Shown here: one piece after another, positions 22,890 through 36,641 of the stretch
Layout of the letters: each line of letters opens with the position of its first letter
Numbering within the stretch: position 1 is the stretch's first letter
NCBI GenBank assembly: GCA_028534125.1
Contig: CM052817.1
Coordinates: 3,908,001 to 3,972,000 of the forward strand
Length of the DNA: 64,000 bases
Reading direction: 5' to 3'
DNA from: Lama glama
Taxonomy: Eukaryota
The notes under the pieces: generated by a model
What the model was told of the DNA's origin: nothing
The model's database searches: none
Seen by the model: the letters and a program-made list of their open reading frames with translations, nothing else
Position numbers and translations under genes: made by a program

Positions 22890-24422
22890 TGTACTGGACT
22901 GAATAGTGATCTCCAAATATATATCTACTCTGACCCTCAGAATATGACCTTACTGAAAATAGGTTTTTGCACAAAGGAAACCATAAGCAAAACAAAGTGA
23001 CAACCTATGGAATGGGAGAAAATATTTGCAAAAGATAAGACTGACAAGGGCTTGATTTCCAGAATATATAAACAGCTCATACAACTTAATGAGAAAAAAA
23101 AATAACCCAATCCAAAAATGGGCAGAAGACCTAAACAAGCAATTCTCCAGTGAAGACATATGAATGGCAAACAGGCACATGAGAAAATGCTCAGTATCAC
23201 TAATTATCAGAGAAATGCTAATCAAAACTGCAACAAGGTATCACTTCACACCAGTCAGAATGGCCCTCATTCAAGACGACAAATGATAAATGCTGGAGAG
23301 GCTGTGAAGAAAAGGGAACCCTCCTATACTGCTGGTGGGAATGCAGTTTGGTGCACCACTGAGGAAAACAGTATGGAGATTCCTCAAAAGACTAAAAATA
23401 GACTTACCATAGGATCCAGCAATCCCACTCCTGGGCATATATCCAGAGGGAGCCTTAATTCAAAAAGACACCTGCACTCCAATGTTCATAGCAGCAATAT
23501 TTACAATAGCAAAGACATAGAAACAACCTAAATGTCCATCGACAGATGCCTGGATAAAGGAGTTGTGGTATATTTATGCAATGGAATCCCACTCAGCCAT
23601 AGAAAATAATAAAATAACACCATTTGCAGCAACATGGGTGGGCCTGAAGAATGTCATTCTAAGTGAAGTAAGCCAGAAAGAGAAAGAAAAATACCATATG
23701 GTATCAGCCATATGTGGAATCTGAAAAAAAAAAAAAGACAAATGAACTTATATATAAAACAGATACAGATTCACAGACATAGAAAACAAATGTATGGTTA
23801 CCAGAGGGGAAGAGGTTGGGAAGGGATAAATTGGGAGTTCAAGATTTGCAGATACTGACTGGTATATATAAAATAGATAAACAAGTTTATACTGTATAGC
23901 ACAGGGAACTATATTCGATAACTTGTAGTAGCTTATGGTGAAAAAGAATATGAAAATGAATATATGTATATTCATGTATGACTGAAGCATTGTGCTGTAC
24001 ACCAGAAACTGACACAATATCGTAAACTGACTATACTTCAATCAAAAAAAAAAAGAAAAGAAAATAGGTCTTTGCAGATGTAATTAGTTAAGCTGAGATC
24101 ATACTGGATTAGGGTGGGCCCTAAATCCATGGTGGGTGTCCTTATGTGAAGGCCACGCAAAGACACAGCGACACGAGGAAGATGGCCATGCAACAACAGA
24201 GGCAGAGATTGGACTGATGCAGCTACAAGTCAAAGATTGCCGACAAGCACCAGAAGCTGGAAAAGGCAAGAAAAGATTCTCTCCTAGAGCCTTCAGGGGG
24301 ACCACGGCCCTGCCAACACCTTTATTTCTGACTCTATCTTGCAAAACTGTCAGAGAATCGATTTCTGTTGTTTTAAGCCACCCAGTGTGTGGCAATTAAG
24401 GTATCCACAGGAAAATAATACA
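22890..24422 (+). mobile_element. MLT1C-like LTR split by an L1 insertion
   Basis: TGTACTGGACTGAA start; resumes after the L1 at GTCTTTGCAGATGTAATTAGTTAAG; ends with TTTAAGCCACCCAG... Confidence 0.75.
22972..24059 (+). mobile_element. 5'-truncated lineage-specific L1 (ORF2 3' end, 3'UTR, poly-A)
   Basis: ORF2 C-terminal motifs; A-tail at 24043-24059; 17-bp TSD GAAAATAGGTYTTTGCA (22955-22971 / 24060-24076). Confidence 0.9.
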
Positions 24423-24435
24423 GCATTAAAATTTT

Positions 24436-25563
24436 TTTGAATAAACAAATGGGACTGAATAAAACTTAAAAGCTTTTGCACAGCAAAGGAAACCATAAAC
24501 AAAATGAAAAGACAACCTATAGACTGGGGGAAATATTTGCAAACAGTGCAGCTGACTGCAGATTAATTTCCAGCATATACACGCAGCTCATACAACTCAA
24601 TATCAAAAAAAAAAAAAAAAACCAAACAACCCAATCAGAAAATAGGCAGAAGACCTAAACAGACATTTCTCCAAAGAAGACAGATAGCCAACAGGCACAT
24701 GAAAAGTTGCTCAATACCACATTAATTGTTAGAGAAATGCAAATCAAAACTACAGTGAGGTATCATCTCACACTGCTTAGAATGGCCATCATCAAAAAGT
24801 TTACAAATTATAAATACTAGAGAGGGTGTGGAGAAGAGGAAACCCTCCTACACTGTTGGTGGTAATGTAGATTGGTGCAGCCACTATGGAAAACAGTATG
24901 GAGATTCCTTAAAAAACTAAAAATAGACTTACTGTATGATCCAACAATCCCACTCCTGGGCATGTATCTGGAGGAAATTCAAACTTGACAAGATACATGC
25001 ACCCCAATGTTCATGGCAGCACTATTTACAATAGCCAAGACATGGAAGCAACCTAAGTGTCCATCAACAGATGACTGGATAAAGATGATGTGGTGTATGT
25101 ATACAATGTAATATTACTCAGCCATAAAAGGAATGAAATAATGCTATTTGCAGCAACATGGATGGACCTAAAGATGATTATACTAAATGGAGTAAGTCAG
25201 CCAGAGAAAGACAAATATTATATGATAACACTTACATGTGGAATCTAAAAAATAATACAAGTGAATTTATTTACAAAACAGAAATAGACTCACAGACATA
25301 GAAAACCAACTTATGGTTACCAAGGAGGAAAGCAACAGGAGGGATAAATTAGAAGTTTGGGATTAACAGATAAATACCACCATATATAAAATAGATAAGC
25401 CACAAGGACTTATTGTGTAGCACAGGGAACTATATTTAATATCTTGTAATAACCTATAATGGAAAAGAATCTGGAAAAAATATATAAAGGAATCACTCTG
25501 CTGTGCACCTGAAAGTAACGCAGTATTATAAATCAACTATACTTCAATTAAAAAAATTTAAAA
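24436..25563 (+). mobile_element. 5'-truncated L1 (ORF2 3' end and 3'UTR)
   Basis: AAAAGCTTTTGCACAGCAAAGGAAACC...AATCAACTATACTTCAATTAAAAAAA. Confidence 0.9.
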
Positions 25564-25765
25564 ATGTTGGGGTCCTATTACAAATGATGCCTTTTAGAAA
25601 ATATATTTCCTCTTTGTTTCTGGTGAACAGAAACACTACTTTTATGTCCTGATTTTGTTTCTAGAAAACTTGCTGAACTCTACTACCAACACTGATGATT
25701 TATCTTCAGATTCTTTCAAATCTGTGATGTTTCAAAAATATTTCATTGAAATATAATGCTAATAG

Positions 25766-26860
25766 CTGTGGTGGTTTTAAAAATATGCCCACAAATTCTT
25801 TGCTATATCCTTTGTCAAGAACTGGAATTGATTCCCTTTCCTCGGAGTGTGGGCTGGACTTGCTGCTACATACAAAGAGCACAGCAGAAGCGATGGAACA
25901 TCTCGCTTCTAATACTGAGTTATCAAAAGACTGCTGCTGTCAGCTGTGCTGTCTCTCTTGGATCACTCCCTCTGGGGGAAACCAGTTGCTACGTCTTGAG
26001 CTTCCCCACAGAGAGGTCCATATGGCAAGGAGTCAGTATAAAATAACTGTATACAACTTCCATTTGGAAAAGGGAAGAATGGGAGGCACACAGCACCTCT
26101 AGCCTGCAGGAGCCATGAGAGGCCACAGGCAGGAGTGCACCGCCCCAGCCTAGTCCATTAGCACCTCCCGATTTTTGCTCTCCAAGAGGAACTACTCAGG
26201 GAGACTCTTCCTTGTCTCTTATCTTTCCAGGCCATGTATGAAATATGCCTTGGGAAATGCATCCTTTTGGGGGCAACGTGGCTTTGGAAGCCTGCTTCCT
26301 GTGCTGCAAGTGCCAGGCTTAGGAGTCCCTACAGAGGTTGAACAACCGCAGGATTAAGCACGCCTGGCTTGGAATTTCCTTGGCAACACAATTTCTTCAG
26401 CACCCTGGGATGCTTCCTCTCTGTTTACCTTCAGTCACTTCTGACGTGCAGGTATCACAGGCAAAAATCTCACGAAGACTCTGGTTAAGTGGCCCCTGCG
26501 CCCTGTCCTTCATCTCCTCTTTCAGCTCAGTGCTGTCCATGTGAACAAGTGGCTTTGACAGGAAGTTAACAGTTGTAACCTGGTCTTAGCTGCTTGGCTG
26601 CTGTTCACTGTCTGGGAAGAACCTTTAGAGGAGATGACTGAAAAAGATCTTGGGGCTTCAGTCTTGTCTCATCTCGAAGACAGCTTCTTCTGGAACCATC
26701 TCCTATAACTGTTTTAGTTTGGGATGCAGAGACCCTTGCCATTTTCCACCCCAGATGACCAGCAGTGGTGGCCTCTTAGAGCTCCTTCAAAGAAGATACT
26801 CAGGAAGCATCGCTGAGTGACAGCCTTCAGTTGCCCACTTCATTGGCTCTACCATAGTGG
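25766..26860. mobile_element. MaLR LTR fragment plus MLT-internal-like sequence
   Basis: TGTGGTGGTTTTAAAAATATGCCCACAAATTCTTTG MLT1-type start; downstream sequence resembles MLT-int. Confidence 0.45.
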
Positions 26861-29800
26861 TCACACCAAGGCCATGCTCATGCCCCTAGGAGAGACCAAG
26901 TTCAGGATTAAACTTGCATTGCCTGTCACCTGTGTGTCCCATTGATGAACTGGTCTAAGTCGGCCTGGGGTGCTAGTCTTACCACGAGTTTCCAGTACTG
27001 CTCTCCACTGCTCAAGCTCTCTCCTGGACCTGTAGGAACTGGTGAGCCATTGCCAGCATGGGCCTGGCTTCCGGCTCTCCACCCCAACCTTGCCTCTTGC
27101 TGGGTGGCCCCCGGGGAATGGTGCTGACTTTGTACTCCAGCCTGTGAAGGGAAAGCTGCTCATTTCTCTGTGTTCCTCAAATGTGGCCAGGAGTTGGGGC
27201 CAGCCCTCTCCTCTGGCCATGGTTACACCACTCCCTGTCCTGCCCCTTGTCCTGACACTCCTTTGGAGCGCTTGCTGCTCCTCTGAAAGTCCTCTCCCCC
27301 TGTGCCCTGCTCACCTTTGTCACCCTCCAACCCCCCTCCCCAGCCCCACTGGATCCCCCCACATTCATAGCAGGCTTTTGCCCTGGCTTCTGGCCTTCCT
27401 CTCCACCTCAGGTCCTGCCTGGGTGGGTTCCACGCTCACACGACCACCATTTGAAACCTGGGCCCCCAGGTCCTTGGCCTCTTCATATCCAATGAGCAAC
27501 TCCCTGCCAATTGGCTCCTCATTCCCAAGGGTGCCTCAGGACTTGTTATTGCCCAAACCTGCCCCAAACCCACTCAGCCCTTCTCTCTGACCACATTCCC
27601 ACCCTTCCAGGTGACACTTTCACTATAGTTGCTGCACCTTTTTTTAAACCTCAGTGTGCCCTCAGCTCATTTTAACAGCCTTCTCCCATTGCTCCCGGCT
27701 CTTCATGTCCCCACCCATCCATTTACAGTGTATGGTCAGGGCTGCAATAACGCCCTCGTCCAAACCCCAAACTCTTACTCCTCTTTTGTTGCTGCCTTTC
27801 CCCCTTCACTCTTCTCTGTCAAAGATGCAGCCCTTGATCATTTGGGTTTTGTGAGGAACCACCACCAATGATGCTGCAGGAGAGCCCAGGGCTTGGGGGA
27901 GTCCAGTCTCAGCTGTTGTAGGTGGTAAAGAAACGTTCTTTGAAGAAGCAAAGAACGTGGATGAATTTGGGAAAAACAATGGAGGATTTTGTGAATCATG
28001 GTTTGAAGGAAGGAGCACAGGGATAAAGGATAGGAACTACAGAACATTACGGGGATCGGAGGGGAAACCAGAACTGACCAGGGGAGGTCTTACTTTGGGC
28101 AGCAACCGGACTGATTTATCTGGCCACAAGTTGAAGCAGCTAAAAAAAACCCCAGTTATCTTCGGAAGATGGTGGAAATTCAAGCCACTTCCTGTTTATT
28201 TGCTGCCTGGAACGGGGAGGATGGCCAGGGCCAGGGACTTGAATTTGGGCTTTCTTTTGCCTTGGTGCTGTTAGAGGGCAGAGGAGAGCAAACAGCTACA
28301 AATGAATGGAATGTGACCTTGGCTGCTGCCAGTCCTACTCTAGTGTCCACTAGAATTAAATTTGCTTTCTTCCCAGTGGTCATCTCAGCTGATGAAACCA
28401 GATGCCGAAGACTCTGCGGTGCTCTGTGATCTCCCCAGCCTGATTCTGACCTCGTGGGCCCAGCAGATTTTGAAGATTCTGCATACTTTGCCTCCAATTA
28501 TCATCAGAGTTTGTTACATAATACCTTATCTCCTCCTGAATGCCTTTCCAGACCTCCGTGTTCCCACAGCCCCCATGCTTCTTTCTGTAATAGCACTTTG
28601 ATATAAAAGGATACTTGTCACATCTGAGCAAGGATAGGTCCCAGCTTCAGGTGGCCTCTGCTGTGTCAGGAACCCGTCCAAGAACCCCAACACGTCTTTC
28701 TACACAGCTGTCCGTGACCTAACATCTGAATAGCCAGGAAAATGGACAGAGAGCCTGAGGTTCATGAGGGACATATGGATCGATGATAAAATATTCTGGC
28801 AACCCTAGCCAGACTCAATTTGGCATTATACAGCCCTGTAAGACTGCCTCTCAGCATGGCTCCTTATCATTCTTTGCTTGGAAAATGCAAGACTCAACTG
28901 CTTCTCCAATTGCTAGCAAGCCAGGAGGACAGACTTCAGGTGCTGGGGAAATTGGAAATGGATGGCTGCATTTCAGTTGTTATTGAAATCACAAGGAAGA
29001 GGAATTGAAGTTAGTGAAAATAATTTAGGACAACAGTTCTCAAACTTTTGGGTGTGTAAGAAAGCACTTCTGACCACTTAATTTATAGTACAGTGAACAA
29101 TATGCAGCCATTAAAGAGAATGCAGATCCAGATGTTTAGACAGGGCTAACTTTCAAACTATAGTTTTAGGTGGAAAAATATCAAAGGACATTCACAGGTT
29201 AAGTGTGTTTCTACTTTAAGGTTAGAGTTATATACGTTCAAACACACATCCCATTAGGAAGGATACACAAGACACTGGTAGATGGCTGTCTTCCTGAAGG
29301 GGACCTGGGAAGCTAGGGAGAAGGGAGGATCAATTTCTTTTGAATTTTGTGCCATTTGTTTTATTTACCTCTTTCAAAAATAAACCAGTAAATGCAATGT
29401 GGTATCCGGAAACAGAGAAAAGGCATTGTGAAGAAAGACAGTGAAGTAAGAATACAGCACAGTCTAGTCAATAGTTCTGTACCAGCGTTCACGCCCTTGT
29501 TACAGCGAATGCACCCAACGTGGCTTTCTTTGTTGTTCTCTCCTGCTTCCCTACTCCTCACCCTGCTACCAGAACGCGGGCATTTCTTCATATTGTTCCC
29601 TGTGCGAGGGATGTCCCTCATCTCTCCTTGTCCTCGGAAGCTGGATCCATCCTTCAAGGCCAAGTTCACCAGTTACTTGCTCTGAAATGCTCTCCTTGCC
29701 TCCCCCTCTCAGTGCTCTAAGGCACGGTACCTAGCTTGTGACACATGGTTTTCTATTGTTTCTCACTTACTTTCAGCTGGATTCCCCAGAAAGCAGACTC

Positions 29801-29879
29801 TTAAGGTGAAAGTTAAGAGTGCAGGTAAATTCTACGGGACGCAGAGCCTGTGGAAACGGAGGGCTGACTGTACCATGCC

Positions 29880-29972
29880 ATCTTATATAAAGAACCGGGG
29901 CATCCCTGGATTTTGGTATCTATGGCAAGGCGGGGTCTTGGAACCAGTCCCCCAGGGGTACTGAGGGACAAC
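29880..29972 (+). mobile_element. MER2/Tigger-type DNA transposon end
   Basis: GGATTTTGGTATC...GGGGTCTTGGAACCAGTCCCCCAGGGGTACTGAGGGACAACT terminus. Confidence 0.6.
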
Positions 29973-30117
29973 TCCATGGTGGTTCCTCAGCCAGTTTCCA
30001 CAGCAGCAGGCAGAGATAAACCATCCCCATGATTCAAGGCTGACTGAGAGCATCAAAAAACGTAAGAAATTCATCTCCCAGTTGGCAATGATACTCAAGG
30101 AAAAAATTTCATTTCTC

Positions 30118-30243
30118 TTTTTTGGGGGGCGGGTGAATTAGGCTTATTTAATTTTTTTTCAAAAATAGAGGTACTGGGGATTGAACCCAGGACCTCGTCC
30201 ACACAAAGCACACACTCTACCTTGAGCTATACCCTCCCATCCC
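30118..30243 (-). mobile_element. tRNA-derived SINE (camelid Vic-1-like)
   Basis: Reverse complement GGGAGGGTATAGCTCAAGGTAGAGTG...GAGGTCCTGGGTTCAATCCCCAGTACCTC with A and B boxes and A-rich tail; flanking AAATTTCA repeats. Confidence 0.8.
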
Positions 30244-30294
30244 CAAATTTCACTCTTAGACAATTTCTTAGTCAATAACTTTTTACTTTTGTCT

Positions 30295-31290
30295 TTTCAA
30301 GCAAATGATACTTTTATTAACATGGTAAAATTTTTTTTAAACACATGGTAGGGTTTTGACCTCAAATAGTCGTCAGGTCTGCTACTGATATGAACTTATA
30401 GCTATACAACTTACGAATCTTGAAGTTAACCTAGTCCCTGTCCAGTTTAGGGTCCAAAACAGACAGCCCTCACTTTACTTCCCTAGACCCTCAAGGGCCT
30501 TTGCAAACATCGCTTTCATGTTATGCACAGAATCCCCTGAAATGCATTAGGGCATTACATCAATTATACAGAATACCAAGACCTATCTCATCTCTTATTA
30601 TCGGTTCCATAAAGCTGAGTTAGGTTGTCCAAACAAAACTGACCAGACAGGTTACATCAGACAGTGTGGTGCATAAGACTTGAATTTTGAACAAAATACA
30701 CCTCTCCTCCTTTGGTCTCACACAGAAATTAAAGTTCCAGGACAATACCATCCTCCATCCCTTCTTCTGATCCGCCAGTCTGAGCCACATCAGCCCCATT
30801 CACGTTCCCAGTTGAAGTCTGGTCACTTCTTCAGCTTCTTTAGCAAGTGCTGCATGGAGTCGTCTTCTAGAAATAATGCAGCTCCTTCAGCACCTCCAGA
30901 GCTGGAGAACTCCAACTCCGAGTCTCGTCTTTCATACACTGATCCAAAGTCCCAGGGAGCAATCAGGTCACACGAGAAAGAGCAAAGCACCTCAAAAATT
31001 TAAAAACAAGAAAGCCAAGGAACAAATGTGACTGCTGCAAAAGCTTACAATCTAGGCCCCAATTCTTGCACGTGAGAGCATTTTCCAAATAAAAGTTACC
31101 TCCCCAAACAAAAACATTTAACAGTCAAAACTCATATTGAGGTCATTAACCGCAGACCATAGCAGAAACGTAGTGTAAGTGAGGACAGAGTGCACACAGA
31201 GAAAAAAGGAAACAAAAGGCTCTCTGGTTTCAGCTTCTCCAGGTTGTCAGCCAATCTCCGCCAGGTGACCAGAATCCATTGGCTGTAAAC
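30295..31290 (-). other. MRFAP1: MRFAP1 terminal non-coding exon (3'UTR)
   Basis: Acceptor TTTCTCCCAACTGCACTTTAG|GTTTACAGCCAATGGATTCTGG (AG at 31291-92); AATAAA on - strand at 30313-30318. Confidence 0.75.
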
Positions 31291-31811
31291 CTAAAGTGCA
31301 GTTGGGAGAAACTCATCATTAAGATGTTACTCCTAAGGGAAAAACCAACCCCAACCCCTCACACATTCAGCTACGCAGGACACCACCTCTTCTGGATGCC
31401 ACCTGACTCCTTCTAGCTTTTCAGAGAAATCTGGAATCATCCAACTATTTTGTATTTCTTAACCCCTCCCCCGGCCCGCTCCTTGCTCAATGGCTTAGAT
31501 TGTGACTTTGTTCCCTTGGCGACTTTTGTGTATTACCCTTTAATTACTCTTATTAACCGCTACCTTAGGTTTCAACCAAACACGTACTAAGTCAAAATAC
31601 ACCGATTTTCCCCCTAACAGACTTAAAAAGATAAACAGCATCTACTAACACCTCCTAAGGTAAAAATTGAGCATAATGTTTTATCTTCTCCCAACTTCCA
31701 CCCACCGTGGACCACTACTAAATAAAAGTCCCCGAAGCTTAACCAAGTGTGAGGCAACTACTGGGCCCTCCGCCCGGTTCCCGCCGGTCTCCGCCTTACC
31801 GCCGACCCTCC

Positions 31812-32258
<447 letters not shown>

Positions 32259-32353
32259 CTATGCTTACCAATACACTTCCAGAATATTCTTTTAAAACTT
32301 TTACCCCTTTTAAACTTTTCGCCTCAGAGAAGCCACGGAAACAAGCGACTTAC

Positions 32354-32700
32354 AAGCTGAGAAGCGGAGGACAAAATGGAGTCCCAGCCGTCAACCAGCG
32401 CCCTGAGTGTTGCGGCCCCTTTCACGACATGGCCCTGCCTCTTTACGGTCACGCCGCTAGTAGAATTAGGTGAGGGCGCGCGCACGTCAATGGAGGGCGA
32501 CGCAATCCGCTTTACGGCGGCCGCGCGCGCGCGCACGCGCGCTCTCTCATTTCCCCGCTCCGTACCCAGTGCTGCGCCTGCCCGCTGCCCCGCGCACGCG
32601 CACGCGCTCTCCCTCGTTCTCCCTCCCCCTCCCCCAGTGCTGCCCTCGTCTGCTGCCGTGGCTTTGGAGATAATCCTTCCTGGTGCTGCGACCCCTCCTA
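32354..32700 (-). promoter_or_regulatory. MRFAP1 exon 1 and CpG-island promoter
   Basis: YY1-like CCATTTT (~32373), TGACGT (~32484), NRF1-like GCGCACGCGC repeats (32520-32606), motif shared with paralogues (32410-32448). Confidence 0.75.
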
Positions 32701-33454
32701 GGTTTATCCAACATGGAATTTACGTCTTATAAAAAAGTAAACATTCTCCGCCTACGCTAAACGCAGAAGATCCTACGTGATAATATACTCACAGTCCGTG
32801 ACATCCCAGTCTAACGCTAATAGCCCCACCCAATTTGATACCGCGACTGGACCCCTCCCAAACGTCTAACTGGCTAATTTTCATTTTTTTTTAGATTACA
32901 GTCAGAAGTGTCTGTCTTTTCACCAGACTGACCCTCCCCCCACCCCCGGGTAAAAGTCCTGCTCTGATTTATCCTGAGGCTCCGCTGGATAGTCTTCACG
33001 CTTTTTACCGGGTTGAAGGCTCCTTGAGGGTCTTGTTCGTCTCTGTTTCTAAAGCCTGGAGCAGAACTTGGCATGTATTCGTAAATTTGCTTTGACATTC
33101 ACTTAATACAAAAAGGAAAGGTAAGGTAATTTCGTAGCCTGTTGACACAGTTACAAAAAGCAATAAAAATTTCAAGAATCCAGTTTGCACGAGTGCCATA
33201 GGTTTAGCTTCTGTTTTCCAGTCAGTTAAGTGGACACAACCCCTAGTATTGAATATGGCAGAGTTAAGAGTGAAGAGAGACAATGATCATGCAGATGATT
33301 TGTAAACACCAGGCACAGACATATGTAAAGTGCTTATCTTTTGTTTGGACTTTCACGCTTCTATATATTTGGTTGTTCTTGTAAAAATCCCAATTGTGGG
33401 GCCTTCTTGGTATATCAGAGGCAGCTAGCTCATAAATTCCTTGTATGAATAAAA

Positions 33455-34378
33455 AGAAATGGATCAAATAACGAGATGCCACTACTACACAATTGTTAAG
33501 ATGGCTAAAATTCAGAACACCGACAACACCAGAGCTGGTGAGGATGTGGAGCAACGGGAACTCTAATTTGTTGCTGATGGGAATGCAAAACAGTGTAGTC
33601 GCTTTGGAACACAGTGTGGCAGTTTCTCACAAAACTAAACATGCTGTTACTATACCATAGAGCAATGGGCGCTCTGCTACTTACGCAAATGTATTGGAAA
33701 CTTATATCCACACGAAAACCTGCACATGGATGTTTACAGCAGCTTTATTCATACTTGCCAAAACTTGAAAGCAATCAAGATATCCTTCAAAAGGTGACTG
33801 GAAAAATAATGCGGGTATACCCTGGCAATGGAACATCACTCAGCGGTAAAAAGAAATGAGCTATCAAGCCACGGAAAGACATAGAGGAAACGCAAATGCG
33901 TACTACTAAGTGAAAGAAGCAATCTGAAATGCTATGTACTGTATGATTCCAACTCTATGACATTCTGGAAAAGACAAAACTATGGAGACAGTGAAAAGAC
34001 CATTAGTTGCCAAGGGTTGGAGGCTGGGAGTAATGAATAGATGGAGCACAGAGGACTTCTTAGGGCAGTGAAACTTACACTATTTGATACTCTAATGGTG
34101 GATACATGCCATTATGCATTTGTCCAAACCCATAGAATGTACAACATCAGGAGTAAACGCTAATGTAAACTATGGACTTTGGATGATAATGATGTTATAA
34201 TGCAGGTTCGTTGACTGTAACAAAAGTTCCACTCTGATGGGGCATGTACATAGTGGGGGAGACTCTGCATGTGTGGGGCAGCGGGTATATGAGAACTTTC
34301 CGTACTTCCTGCTCAATTTTGCTGCGAACCTAAAATTGCTCTAAAAAAATAAAGTCTATTTGAAAGGGGAGAAAAAAA
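33455..34378 (+). mobile_element. L1MB/MC-like 3' end
   Basis: GGTGAGGATGTGGAGCAACGGGAACTC...TATGATTCCAACTCTATGACATTCTGGAAAAGACAAAAC...AACCTAAAATTGCTCTAAAAAAATAAAGTCTATT. Confidence 0.85.
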
Positions 34379-36294
34379 GTAAATGCCTCTTACCAGGTGG
34401 ATGAATTGAAAAACACTGTCTGTTTTCTACGATGAGATTAGACTGGGCGCCTCTCAGCCAGGTGCTTCTGTGCGGGGCCTGATCTCAGGCATTTCTTCGT
34501 TTTCTCTTTTATTAATTTCTGTTCTTACTTATCTCCTTCCTTGTGCTTTCTTTGGTTGATTCTACGTTCCTTTTTTAACTTCTTAGGTTATTCTCCTGAC
34601 TTATACTTTTCTTCTTCTTTTTAATATAAGCATTTAAGTTTTTAATTCCCATCAACGAGAAAACTCAGGGTAGATATTTTTGGTAAAACTTTGGTTTCAG
34701 TTACATGCATATAATATATATGTGTGTGTGTATTGGATTGTGATGTAAAGTGTATTTTTTAGGTCAAAAAAGTTTGCAAGCCACTGTAGTTAAGTTACAC
34801 TGGCAAATAAAAGCAAAAATTAATCTCAAAAAAAATTCCCATCAGGAATGGCTTTAGCTGCATCCCACTTTTGATATTTATGTTTTCAGTATTATTTGAT
34901 TCTAAACATATTCTTATTTCCACTATGTTTTTTTTTGATCCATAAATTATTAGAATTATATTTTAAGAATTCCAACCACATGAGGGCTATGATGCTCTGC
35001 TTTTACTGATTGTTAACTTAGTTGCATTCTACTTACAAATGGAGTTCTATTCGATACTAATTCTTTGAAATTTGTTAAGACTTGCTTTATGGCCTGGTCA
35101 GTTTTAGTGAATTTTGCATGTGTGCTTGAATAGACAAAGCATTATCCAGTTGTTGCCAGCAGGGTTATGTACATGTCCACCAACTCCTGTCTCTGCCACT
35201 GCAGTAGCTTCCTGGTTTTGCCCTCGTTTCCCTACAGTCTAATCTCTACACAGCTTCCGTAGGTGTCCTTGAAAACACACAGCAGATCACGTCACTGAAT
35301 GGATTCAGAACCTTGTACATTTCAAGTGGAGGGGAAGCCAAAGACCTTACAATGGTCTGTGTGATTCTAGGGATCTGTGCACCCCCATACCTCTCTGCAG
35401 GGTTGGCAACTGCATGACCCTGAGAGTGAGTGCCTACCCTAGGCATCTAGATGCCCAACTTGCCTCACCTTAGTCTTGACCCTGCCCTTCTGACCACATC
35501 TTCCACTATATCCCCCTCACTTCCTCCACTCCAGCTGTATCAGCCGCCATGCTGTTTCTGGTACATATTAGGTAACTTCCCACTTCAAGGCCTTTGCATT
35601 TCTGTTTCCTTTGCTTGAAACGCTCTTCTCCCAGGTGTAAACGTGAAGCTCTGCTCTGGCCTTCTTAAGATCTTGGATCATTTGCAGAATGAATGAAACT
35701 CAAGCTTGTTCATATTTTCTGTAACCCTGTTAAATTGTTGTCTGCTTGACCTGTTCATTATCTCATTATGCTGATAATTTTGTTAACTTTTCCTGTAATT
35801 GTCACTTTTTTTGCACACACATATAACATACATTGGTAGCTATTTTATTCAGTGCACAGGAGTTACATACTTTATATATATATGTATACACACACACACG
35901 TATAATACATATATATATATTCTAAACTTTTTATCACTCAGAGTTTCAGTAAGCTTTATTTGGTTCTTTTTACCATGTCTGCCTGGCTGACTTTTTGTTT
36001 TACTAAGGTAATATTTTTCATAAATTCTCATTGCACCTTTTTTTTCCCCACATTTAAATTCTCTGGAATTGTGCTGCATCTTTCAGTTGCCATGACATAA
36101 ACCATTGATTCATACTTTAATTGTAGTGTAGTCTCATTCTTAGCATTATCTAAAACAACAGCAAATCTTAAAATTGATAGCTGCTTAGATTTGACAAAAT
36201 CCCATATTATTTCAAAATTTTCCTGTTGTTTGCTGCTTGCTCAGTTATCTAATTTTCTTGCGTAGTATCATCTTGGACCCTCCTCTAGGAGAGG

Positions 36295-36432
36295 ATGTTC
36301 TCAACTGGAGGTAATTTTATCCCCTAGGGTATATATTTGGCGATGTCTGGAGGCATTCTTATTGTCACAGCTTGGAGGGGAAGGTTGCTACTGGCATTGT
36401 AGTGAGTAGAGGCCAGGAATGTTGCTAACATT
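36295..36432. mobile_element. MER20-like hAT DNA transposon fragment
   Basis: GTTCTCAACTGG...TTTGGCGATGTCTGGAGGCATT...GCTACTGGCAT...GTAGAGGCCAGG. Confidence 0.7.
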
Positions 36433-36596
36433 GCCTGGTTAATTTGGATAGTATTTTGTTCCTTACTTTTTTTCCCCTTCAATTACCTTCCATTTCTTTA
36501 AATATTTCATAAATAGTCATTTTATACTCTGTGTCTGATAATTCTAATATCATTTGCTTTTCGCTTTTGCTGATTCACTCATGATGCTTTGTTTCC

Positions 36597-36598
<2 letters not shown>

Positions 36599-36638
<40 letters not shown>

Positions 36639-36641
36639 TGT
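36599..36641. repeat. (TG)n microsatellite
   Basis: About 21 TG units with one TA interruption. Confidence 0.95.

Noticed and set aside
30170..30240. tRNA gene
   Set aside because: Degenerate, with an A-rich tail and flanking repeats: a tRNA-derived SINE.
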